Source: Octopus vulgaris | Lineage: Eukaryota | Length of the DNA stretch: 64,000 bases | Reading direction: 5' to 3' | Assembly (NCBI GenBank): GCA_951406725.2 | Contig: OX597831.1 | Span: forward strand, 31,000,001-31,064,000 | Notes under the pieces: model-generated | The model's input: only the letters and a program-made list of their open reading frames with translations | Told to the model about the DNA's origin: nothing | The model's database searches: none | Translations under genes and position numbers: made by a program | Part shown: piece after piece, positions 53,450-64,000 of the stretch | Layout: each line of letters begins with the position of its first letter | Position numbering within the stretch: position 1 is the first letter of the stretch

Positions 53450-54012
53450 CGCAGTTTCCGTCTACCATATTCACTCACAAAGTATTGGTGGGATGGGAGG
53501 AGGGGCTATCGTAGAAAACACTTGCTCAAGGCGGCGAACTGGCAGAATCGTTAGCACGCCGGGCGAAATGCTTAGCGGGATTTCGCTTGTCGTTACGTTG
53601 TGAGTTCAAATTCCGCCGAGGTTGACTTTGCCTTTCATCCTTTCGGGGTCGATAAATTAAGTACCAGTTACGCACTGGAGTCGATGTAATCGACTTAATA
53701 CCTATGTCTGTCCTTGTTTGTCCCCTCTATGTTTAGCCCCTTGTGGGTAATAAAGAAATAGGTATTTCGTCTGTCTTTACGTTCTGAGCCGAGGTCGACT
53801 GCCTTTCATCCTTTCGGGGTCGATAAATTAAGTTCCAGTTACGCACTGGGGTCAATGTTATCGACTTAATCCCTTTGTCTGTCCTTGTTTAGCCCCTTGT
53901 GGGCAATAAAGAAATAAGAAAACACTTGCTCAAGGCGCTGTGCAATGTATCTGAACTCCAAAACAACGTGTTTATAAAACGTTATGTTTTTTTGTTACCA
54001 CTTAGCCATACC
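53450..54012 (-). mobile_element. Old SINE family B copy interrupted by a family A insertion
   Basis: Family B-like pieces at 53450-53529 and 53917-54012. Confidence 0.7.
53530..53916 (+). mobile_element. Young SINE family A with a tandemly duplicated body and 17-bp TSD
   Basis: TSD AGAAAACACTTGCTCAA at 53513-53529 and 53917-53933; the body is repeated from 53761. Confidence 0.9.
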
Positions 54013-54289
54013 TATTAAGTTTCTGATGCTGTGGGTATATATGAAAGGGACGGGTATGGATTGGTTTAGTCCAAACAAACCAACACCCATTTACGGGTAG
54101 GGATAGAATTAATAACGGAGGAGTTAGCAGGGTATCTACCTTGCATGGGTCGAGAAGGACCCGAGTTCGCCAAGATATGCTCTGATAGGTATTTTTCTCC
54201 TACGTGTTAGATCTAGAAAAAGACCCACTCCACCTCACTATCAACAAAAATACCATGATATATCATTTCAGTCCTGAAAATCTGTTCCA

Positions 54290-54680
54290 CATGTTTATCA
54301 TCGGCAAAGTCTACATCAAAAGATGGATGGATGCAGTAAAATTACGTCGGCAGCTCTTATAACTTTGCTGTTGAGATCGTATTTACGGTTGCACATATTT
54401 TATTCTATAGAAAATACAGAATGTGAATATCTAGTTTTCCATTTCCCTCTAGGTCTGTCAGAAGATATTCATTCTCGGCAAGTTAATGGAATGTGGACTG
54501 GAGAGAATAATGTCGGAACCGTTTGACAGGAAATGTTTAATCTAAGATATAAAGAGATTGGTAGGACCTGTGGGTGATATATTTCACTTGGACGTTCCAC
54601 ATACCAGATATGGTCGAAAGCTTTCTTGGTGTCAAAGACATAAAAACAACATTGCTCTCTGCAGAAATTGTCAACGAGGA
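54290..54680 (-). pseudogene. LINE reverse transcriptase remnant
   Basis: FDTKKAFDHIW (compare DxxKAFDxVxH) and DFADD. Confidence 0.55.
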
Positions 54681-55068
54681 AATACCAAAGTTCTGTGTAT
54701 GTATGTGTGTGTATGTATGTGTGCATGTGTGCGTTTCTATATGTGTGTTTGTGTGTGCCTCTGTGTGTGTGAGTGTGAAATCTTATTTGAAAGCAGATTT
54801 ATCATGAATGATGGTGTTTTACGGAAGCAAGTCCTGCTATTCACCGAGTGTTATCTGGTTGCGTGCAAGTATTGTGATTGTGGGTGTGCGAACCTGTATC
54901 TATCTATGTATGTGTGTATGTATGTACGCATGTATGTGTGTATGTGTCGAGATTTCAACTGTGTCTTTTACCATGTTTCTTCTTTCTTACTGATTTCCCC
55001 CTCTCTCTCTCTCTCTCTCTCTTTTCATCTCGTTACCTTAGCCCTCTATCCATCCGCCTCGTACCCTC

Positions 55069-55118
<50 letters not shown>

Positions 55119-55389
55119 GGCCACCATACTTCTCTCTATCACCTGCCATTCAATCTCAGACAACAAAATCTTCCTACTTCCCTCAACTACACAATCTGCA
55201 CAAATCAATAACGCTGCAGTTACAGAAGAGAGCAGTGCTAATATATTTCGTCAGAAAAATAACACTTTTTCTCGGTGCTTCTCTTTATTTCTTTCTTACG
55301 TGCTTCCATAGTTCCCTTTTTATTCTTCATTTTATTCTCCCTTCTTTTTTTTTTATTCGCCCTCCTTTTATTCTATATCATTTGACAGA

Positions 55390-55434
<45 letters not shown>

Positions 55435-55665
55435 AACTCTTTATTTATTTATTTATTTATTTTGTTTATATCCCACTCATGTATTCAAGATAAAGCTCTT
55501 CACCTTATACTAATTATATATTATTCGAATGTTCTGGAATGTTTGTCTATGAAGGTCGATACACACTAGCTTCGCGTTTGGCTCTTTCTTCATTGCTTTC
55601 GTTTCCTGTTCTCCGTTTATTTATTTTGACAATACTTGTACATGTGTGTGTGTGTGTGCGTGTGT

Positions 55666-55724
<59 letters not shown>

Positions 55725-55971
55725 TATGTGCGTGGTGTGGTGTGCAAGAGAAGGCAAGAGTTGCAATAAAACACAAATGATAGATTTCCATCCCGCCGCC
55801 GTAATCTCGCTGTAGTGAGAGCGGAGTCGTTTAAAACTTACTGGCTATTCCACAGAGCTCCAACTTTTAGTAGGTGCAACCAATGTAGATTTATACAAAA
55901 AATTTTAGGGAAATATAGCTCATCACTGAACACAATCGCCTTGCCACACCGATCAAGTGTATACACAGTCT

Positions 55972-56358
55972 TTTTTTGAAAGCACTCCGTCGGTTACGAC
56001 GATGAGGGTTCCGGTTGATCCGACCAACGGAACAGCCTGCTCGTGAAATTAACATGTAAGTGGCTGAGCACTTCACAGACACGTGTACCCTTAACGTAGT
56101 TCTCGGGGATATTCAGGGTGACACAGAGAATGACAAGGCCGGTCCTTTGAAATACAGGTACAACAGAAACAGGAAGAAAGAGTGAGAGAAAGTTGTGGTG
56201 AAAGAGTACAGCAGGGATCACCACCATGCCCTACCGGAGCCTCGTGGAGCTTTAGGTGTTTTCGCTCAATAAACACTCACAACGCCCGGTCTGGGAATCG
56301 AAACCGCGATCCTACGACCGCGAGTCCGCTGCCCTAACCACTGGGCCATTGCGCCTCC
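55972..56358 (-). mobile_element. SINE family C, full length, 10-bp TSD
   Basis: Reverse complement: GGAGGCGCAATGGCCCAGTGGTTAGGG...GTTTCGATTCCC. TSD TACACAGTCT at 55962-55971 and 56360-56369. Confidence 0.9.
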
Positions 56359-56616
56359 TTACACAGTCTACACAACAGCAAATTATTACCACGATTGAAT
56401 TCAACTACTAACGATATATAGATCAAATCGATGAGGTCACCAAATTGACGTGCTGCACACCATAACTTATACCCCACCTAACTTTCAACTACTGTCGCGT
56501 TTCAGTTTCATCACCGCAGCTTAAACAATGATGGCATGATGGTATATATATATCTGTTAAATTTATACACCTGTCCACAACTGAATACAGTTACACGGTC
56601 AGCTTCGTTCTAAATC

Positions 56617-56820
56617 AGTGGTTCCCAAACATTTTCGGACTGCCGCCCCTTTGACACCCAAGCCACATCCCTAGCGCCCCTACCTCAACTAATCATCACA
56701 AACATAGACCTCTTTCTGAAGCAAATTCAAACCAACTGTATTTCACAAATAAAAGTTAATCTAATGAACCCATTTTTTTTTGTTGTTGTTTTTACATGAA
56801 TCGCCACCCCATTATCGTAT
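56617..56820 (+). mobile_element. hAT (Charlie-like) terminal fragment
   Basis: TCTAAAT|CAGTGGTTCCCAAAC. Confidence 0.5.
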
Positions 56821-57103
56821 TTTTTTTTGTTCTTGTTCCATTTTTCGTTATTTTTCTAAGTGACCCTTAACTTTTGGCAGTTGCAGTTTCGAAGAGTATT
56901 TGTTTATTTCCTCAAAGCATATGAAATATTTATTCCATTCGCTCGAAATTTTCACGAAAGGTAGATATAAGGTATGTCTAAATATTTGCAAAATATTTAG
57001 TCTCAATGTTTTGTTAATTTTCTATAATAAATATTTCAATACACTTGTTCTAACGACCCTCATATTATTGCCGCTACTGTATATACATATATATATATAT
57101 ATA

Positions 57104-57187
<84 letters not shown>

Positions 57188-58204
57188 ATAAGACCTCCCT
57201 TCCTTCATGAATGACTATGGGATTGCACCTAAACGGTTCCCTTCCGAGGCAATATACACATATAAATACATGCATACATGCATACATATCTTTGTGTGTG
57301 TGTGTGTGAGTGTGTTTGTGTGTGTGTGCGCACGCTCGTGCGTTCGTGTGTGTGTGCGCGCGACGAGCTTTTACACAACTTTCTTATAACAAACTCCGCC
57401 GAGAAGTTATCGGTCAACTCTCCAATCCTAAACTAAGGCCACTTGCTAAAAGTAAACTAAAGCCACTTGCCAAAAGTTACAAGTCCTGGTAAAAAAAAAA
57501 TCACGTGGTTCGGAAGCAATTTGCGAATTACTTAACCACGTAGCCCTACTTGATAAGAATAAGAAACACATGCTCTATCGCATTTGTGTATGATAACTAT
57601 TGTCATGTCGTAAATAACTGATTATTACATCACCAGCTGATAAAATATCGGAATCCTAACTCTTAGATCATTTTTCCTTTTCTACCTTATTGCAGCTCTT
57701 CGTTTTCCTTAACGCCTTTAATGACAACCTTATCTCTCTATTTCCCAAACAAAACATGTTAAGTATGTATGTATGTACGTACGTATGTGTGTGTGTGTGT
57801 ATGTATGAATGCATGTATGTATGTATGTGTGTGTGTACGTATGTACGTATGTATGTATGTGTGTGTGTATGTATGTATGTACGTACGTATGTATGTACGT
57901 ACGTATGTATGTATGTATGTACGTATGTATGTATGTATGTATGTATGTATGTACGTATGTATGTATGAATGTATGTATGTATGTATGTATGTATGTATGT
58001 ATGTATGTATGTATGTGTGTATGTATAAATATATATATATATGAACTTATGAGTATCTCTCTCTATCTTTCTATATATACGAGGGAAAGTCAAAAGTTAT
58101 CCGCACTTTCGCCATAATATACTTTTATTATTGTCACGCCGCCTTCTGCGCAAGCGTGCTTATAATTGGTACTACTGGGGTCACATGATCGAAGTTTGAG
58201 TCTG

Positions 58205-58871
58205 ATCGTGCCATCACTGTTGCTGGAAACTTCGTGTGCATCACTCTGGAAACTTCAGAAATATCTGCACATGTCCACTTGTCTTCGTCTGTTAGATTTC
58301 GGATTCTGGTCAAAGTTTCTTTCGTCAGAGAAAACCAAAGCATACCTTGTTTATGGAGGTGGGGTTACACTTTGTTAAGTAACCGTTTTGAATAGATGAG
58401 ACGGTTTGCCTGTGTTTTTGCAAACACGAATTGGCCTTTCCTCATTACATAGAACCTGTATCAAATATCACGATGTACCACAGTGCTGATAGTCCATTCT
58501 TACCCCCCAGAGTTCTTTAGCAATGGACCTCCTTGATCTTCTGGGGTTTTCATTGACAATGTTTTGAACATGTGGTATAAATTCCGATGTCCCATTAATG
58601 TCTGAGCGTTGTGAATGGTTTTTTTCTCTCTGATACAGGTGAAACATTACCATCACATGCCTCTAATTCCAACCAAACTTTGTGTACAAAAGATCTTGCA
58701 ACATTTAGAAATCACTGTGGTTCGCATGTATAGCAGCTATGACTATATGTATTTTCATTTCTTGTGTTAGCATGATATCTTGAAATGGTTATCTGAAAAA
58801 AATGATACTTTAAATCATTTGAGGTGTAATGAACTTAAGATAAAATATCCTAAAATACCGCTCGCACCCTG
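58205..58871 (-). mobile_element. 5' half of a maT/DD37D-like element related to 37579-38801
   Basis: TA|CAGGGTGCGAGCGG terminus, NPRRSRRSIAKEL and MHTKFPATVMA. It abuts another mariner-like end at about 58080 (TACGAGGGAAAGTCAAAAGTTATCCG). Confidence 0.75.
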
Positions 58872-58902
58872 TATATGTATATTTACATTATTACAATTAA
58901 TG

Positions 58903-59077
58903 CTGCAAAAACATCATAAAAATATCACAAACACCTGGTGCTCAGAGTTTCAGGTTCCCGTCCTTCGGACAGTTTAGATTGAAAATCTCAACATTCTCCA
59001 TCTAAACTGTCCGACGAACGGGGACTTGAAACTCTGAGTAGCAGATTTTTTCTGATATTTTTGTGATGTTCTTGCAG
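58903..59077. repeat. Fold-back element: ~77-bp arms, 20-nt spacer, hammerhead-like motif
   Basis: Arms 58903-58979 and 59000-59077. CTGT-CCGACGA-ACGGGACTT-GAAAC-TCTGA-GTA-GCAG lies at 59007-59043. Confidence 0.85.
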
Positions 59078-59194
59078 GTTTAATAATAATAAAGCATATT
59101 GCTCTACCTCCGGTATTCGAGTACTATTTTTCCCCACCTCGTTTCAGATTTATGTTCTTACTTTGGTGTATATGTGTGTGTATGTGTGTGTTCT

Positions 59195-59432
59195 CTTTTA
59201 TTCTTTTACTGGTTTCAGTCATTTCATTGCGGCCATGCTGGAGTACAGCCTTGAAGAGTTCTAGTAGAACAAATTGATCCCAGGACTTCTTTTTTAAGCT
59301 TACTACTTATTTTATCGGTCTCTTTTGAAGAACTGTTACGTTGCGGGGACGTAAACACCGGTTTTCAAGCGGTGATGAGGGGATAAACACAGGCACAAAC
59401 ACAGACACACAAACACACACACACACACACAG

Positions 59433-59491
<59 letters not shown>

Positions 59492-59645
59492 ACGAGCTTC
59501 TTTCAGTTTCCGTTTGCCAAATCCACTTACAAGCCTTTGATCGTTCTGTGGTTATGGAAGAAGATACCCAAATGCCACGTAGTGAAACTGAACCCGGAAC
59601 CGTATGGCTTAGAAGTAAGCTTCTTACCACAATGTCACGCCTGCC
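59195..59645 (-). mobile_element. SINE family B copy
   Basis: Reverse complement of the 24838/43309 family, with internal (CA)n. Confidence 0.85.
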
Positions 59646-59675
59646 CCTATGTGTATATATGTGAGTGTGTGTGTG

Positions 59676-59720
<45 letters not shown>

Positions 59721-60623
59721 ATGTATAGCAAAGGATGGCTGAATGTCAGCTCACTTTAGCTGTTTCTAACGCACCTTTTAATAGATGAATAAGTTCATTA
59801 CATCATAGCAAAAAGCTGTTTTCATCAGATGATACATAAAATTTCAAACAATTCATTCACCGCTGTTATTTATTTATTTGATATAATGCACGACAAAGAG
59901 ATTCCCGATCCATCGGTAATCCTGGAGTATAACAAACAACGAGCACTTTGAACCAGTCCCTAAGAGTTAGATACTTGTATGGGCTTAATTCTATGTGTGC
60001 ATTATCTGAAAATTCCACTGAATGTACTTCAGTAACCAGTATATTTATTCGACTAAAGGGAGCGTTTGCAAGTTAGTTCGGTCCAACTTGGTACCTAATA
60101 TTTAAGTACTTGATTCTCTCCTTAATCCTTGTGTTACACACACACACACACACATACAAAGAGAGAGAAAGAGAGAGACATGGAAACCTATATGTGTCGC
60201 ACGTCAGAGTGAGAGAGGGTGGAGAGACAGGGATATTTTGATTTTCTACTATAGATATCATAACAGCTGAAGTGGGGGTATTTTCAGCGAAGTTTTTTTT
60301 TTTTTTTGTCCACTGAAAGCAGAAGTAATTCCCCGAATAAGTCCAGCATATTCGAACGGTGGGCTATTATAACTATTAAATCTTATTCCACAAGACATTC
60401 CGCTCTCACGGGAGTACACATGGTTCTACAGATAAGGTTGAACGGAAAATCGAATTTCGAAAATAATATTGATGTGCAGTAAATCACTTGAACTATAGAG
60501 AAAGCGATTTAGCAGAAATATCAGACTTGAAGATAAATAATTTATTTGGCAAGAGAAAACAAAATTAACTATTTATGCCAAATTTTCACATTGCTGCTTT
60601 CTTATCATTATTACCGTATCTAA

Positions 60624-60845
60624 AGGCAGCGAACTGACAGGATCATTAGCGCGCCCGGCATGATGCTTAGCAGCATTTCGTCCATCTTTACATTCTGAGT
60701 TCAAATTCTGCCAATGTCGACTTTGTTTTTCATTCTTTCAGAGTCGCTAAAATAATCACCAGTGAAACACAGGAGTTGATGTAATCGACTTATCCTTCCC
60801 TTTACCAAAATTCTGCTGGCCCTGTGCTAAAATTGGAAACCGCTA
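60624..60845 (+). mobile_element. SINE family A copy
   Basis: GGCAGCGAACTGACAGGATCATTAGC...GAGTTCAAATTC. Confidence 0.8.
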
Positions 60846-60859
60846 TTATTGTTGTGGTA

Positions 60860-63090
60860 TAATGAATGTTGACGATATTGGTTAAATATCTTGCTTACGT
60901 TGTACAAGGTGCATCATAATGATTAGACATTCTGTGCAAGATCTAAACATCGTGGAACCTAATTACATTAATGTTAACATTTTTAACAATTAATTAGTAT
61001 ACTATATCTGATTCTCAAATAAGGAATAAACAACAGCATGAGATAAGATAAATACGGTTATTAGCAAAGCATATGCAGTAATGGCCTCTTACTATTAGAG
61101 ACCCGAATGTGTTCTATTAAACTAGAGAGTTCCCGTAATGGTAGGGGACTAAACTAAGGGAGATAACACCACGTCTCCCTTTCAGGTCATGAGTTTATAA
61201 CGACAGTTTACTTTGGTGGTCGAATTCTCCGACGACATCTGGTGTACACAGCTGGCTTAGGACTTCCCGAGCTGGCAGGTGGAACATCCTTATGCGCAGT
61301 GGACTGGGCCTCTGGTTGGTCAACTTGATCGGCGAGATGTTCTGCTGAATTGTCGCGGCTGTACTCCGGACTGTTTCAGGGTACCGTTGGTAAAGAGGAC
61401 AATTCTATAGGATTAGCTACTTGAGGAAACTTGGTTTTCTTCTATTGCGAAGATAGCTTCTGTTTCGACGAAGTGGTCCTGAATCTGCCTCGACAAATAC
61501 TGACCTTGGTGATAGTTTTCACCACTTTGGTTGTTGTACTGGTTTTAAGTGTCTTCACCCAAACTGGCTGTCCTTCAAGTAAACGATGCATGATCTCTAG
61601 CTCGATGGTTTGTCGAAATTGACCTTTTGTTTCAATTTGAGCTGAGAGTCGGTATTTTTGTGTCGCTCAACATTTGGCAGGATACATTTTTATAAGAAAT
61701 TGTTGGAATGCGAGTCCTGAGTTTCCTATTCATCAACAAATCTGCAGGACTCTTGCCAGTTGTAGTGGAGTACTGTGATAATTAAGCAGTGCAATATATG
61801 GATCACTTGCTTTTTTAAGAAGGTGTTTAACTGTCTGAATCGCACGTTCAGTTTCTCCTTTTCCTTGTGGATAATGAGGGCTACTGGTGAGGTGTAAAAA
61901 GCCAAAAACATTTGAAAAATCCCAGAACTCCTTCGATATGAATTATCGGAAAGGACCAATATCGGAAATGACAACCCCCGGTATACCAAATCTAGCAAAT
62001 ATTGATTTGCAGTTGTCAGTGATACTGCCTGATATTGTTGTCTGTAGATGAAATATCTCTATCCATCTCGAATAGTAGTCAATGACAAATAGATATCTGA
62101 GTCCTTTCAATTCGAACAAGTCCATCCTTACCTTCTGCTATGGATATTCATGTAATTTGGTAGATCGTAGTGGTTCTGATGAATATCTTTTTTCCTTCTC
62201 ACAGATACTACACCCACCTATCTTTTCAGCAATTTGCTTGGAAAGGCCTGGTCACCAAACATTGTCCCGCACCAGTGCTCGGCATTTGACGTTACCTTGT
62301 TGTTCGTGTAGACGATCCAAGATGTCATTTTGGAGGCCTGCGGGCATGATGAGTCGGCTCTGATACAATAAGCGTCCCTGACAAACTGTTAGGTACTGCC
62401 GTACAAACCAGTGGGGTATTAGTTCACCTACCATTACGGGAACTCTCTAGTTTAATAGAACATATTCAGGTCTCTAATAGTAAGAGGCCATTACTGCATA
62501 TGCTTTGCTAATAAACGAGATATCTTATCTCATGCTGAATTCTCTTTCTATTTAACCAATATCATCAACCTTCATTAGTTCAGGATCTTGTGTGGCTGCT
62601 TCAGGCCAGTGGCCCATCTTGTAGAAGTTGATAACTTGACTACAGATTTTATCAGTGCTTTTAGAAATCCCAGAAATTCTTCGACATGAATTGAGGACCA
62701 TTATCGGAAATGACAACCTCTGGTATACTTATATCAAACGAATATTGATTTCCTCCAGTCGTTTGTCACTCACGGAGATGTTCTCTATGATAGAACGGCC
62801 GAACAGTCTGTCTCTGCCTCCTGCTGGAACTCTTTATTTCGTTGGTACGCTGCCAGGAGCCCTGGATAGGGTGTCTGCTGTAATGAGGTTTCTCCCTGCG
62901 GTGTGTGTGATCTCGTAGGGGAATCTCATTAGGCGCACTCGGAAAGGCTGGATTCTTGGAGTCAACCCATCGAGACGTTTAGTCTTTAGTGGTAGTAGAG
63001 GCTTGTGATCTGTTCCTATCAAGAACTTTGGTAGTCCTATCAAAAAGTCAGCAAACTTCTCACAACACCATATGACTGCTAATGCTTCCT
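60860..63090 (-). mobile_element. Decayed Gypsy LTR retrotransposon (RNase H, integrase, PPT, 3' LTR)
   Basis: KEALAVIWCCEKF...TDHKPL...ADTLSRAP; zinc-finger region LH...VW*PGL...CSIC; DLFE...VIDYYSRW...FARFGIPGVVISD; PPT GAAAGGGAGA at about 61174-61183. Confidence 0.9.
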
Positions 63091-63532
63091 TGTGCCTAGA
63101 GTAGAAAAGAATATTTGTAACATATGCTGTGTTTGTCCAAGGACGGACTTGTTAGTCATATGAGATATCATGACGGCATTTTCTAATTGAAGAGATTCCT
63201 TCGGTAAAATAACGATCAGTATGCTTGTGCGCATATACTGTACACACACGCACACACGCACACACACCCATACATAGACACACACATGGATTGGAAGCAA
63301 ATAACTTTGTACACACACAGATGAACAAATATACATGTACATAGCATCACCTCACGACACCACAGACATTGCTTACGTTGTACAAGCTGCATCATAATGA
63401 TTAGACATTCTGTGCAATATCTAAACATCGTGGAACATAATTACATTAATGTTAACATTTTTAACAATTAATTAGTATACTATATCTGATTCTCAAATAA
63501 GGAAAAAAACAACACAATATTATTTTAATTAA

Positions 63533-63745
63533 GGTGGTGAGCTGGTAAATCTGTCAGTACGTTGGGCAAAATGCTTAGCGGCATTTCGTCTGCCTTTACG
63601 TTCTAAGTTCAAATTCCGCCATGGTCGACTTTGCCTTTCATCCTTTCCGGGTCGATACAATAAGTATCAATTAAACATTGAGGTCGATGTACTCGACTAA
63701 AACCTCTCTCAAAATTGCTGGCTTTATGCCAAAATGTGAAACTAA
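63533..63745 (+). mobile_element. SINE family A copy
   Basis: GGTGGTGAGCTGG...GTCGACTTTGCCTTTCATCCTTTCCGGGTCGAT. Confidence 0.8.
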
Positions 63746-63899
63746 TATTTCTATTAATTAGACATACATGAAAGATAGCTGCGAAAATATTTTACTATCA
63801 TGTTGATCTATTCATCAAAACATGCTTCACTGATCCTGCTTTGGTATGCGATCTGCCCTTTATCCGTAGTCTACGCTATTAAATGTCCTGATCTGGCTT

Positions 63900-64000
63900 G
63901 AGGTTAGAGTTAGTGTTTAGGGTTAGGTTTAGGGTTTAGTACTAAGTTTAGGGTTCGAGTTAGCGATTAGGGTTATGGTTAGGCTAGAATTTAGAGGTAG
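63900..64000 (+). repeat. Degenerate (TTAGGG)n-like interstitial repeat
   Basis: TTAGGG, TTAGAG and TTAGTG variants run to the window end. Confidence 0.7.

Noticed and set aside
54558-55513. Longest ORFs in the track (217 and 211 aa)
   Set aside because: Built from the antisense of an RT remnant plus (TG)n/(CT)n tracts.

Overview
AT-rich animal genomic DNA saturated with microsatellites ((TA)n, (TG)n, (TATG)n, (ATAG)n, (TAA)n, (GAA)n). The tRNA-derived SINE families look to me like those of Octopus, so the window is most likely an octopus intron or intergenic region (inference, not a database result). I find no intact protein-coding gene, and nearly all ORFs in the track are microsatellite or SINE artefacts. 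Recognisable content: about 30 SINE copies from at least 4 families; decayed RLE-type (R4/Dong-like) LINEs sitting in (TAA)n arrays; a Tx1/L1-like remnant; three Penelope-like (PLE) coding remnants; mariner (DD34D), maT-like (DD37D), pogo/Tigger and Chapaev3 DNA transposons; two Helitron derivatives; a rearranged Gypsy LTR element; and degenerate TTAGGG repeats at the right end. The most notable signal is about 10 sequence-unrelated minimal type I hammerhead-ribozyme-like motifs, several inside long fold-back inverted repeats. Two of them carry compensatory G3-C8 or U3-A8 core substitutions, suggesting a diverse population of short PLE-derived, ribozyme-bearing non-autonomous elements. A few unique stretches are weak candidate host exons or a small secreted-peptide ORF. 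Coordinates of decayed repeats are approximate.
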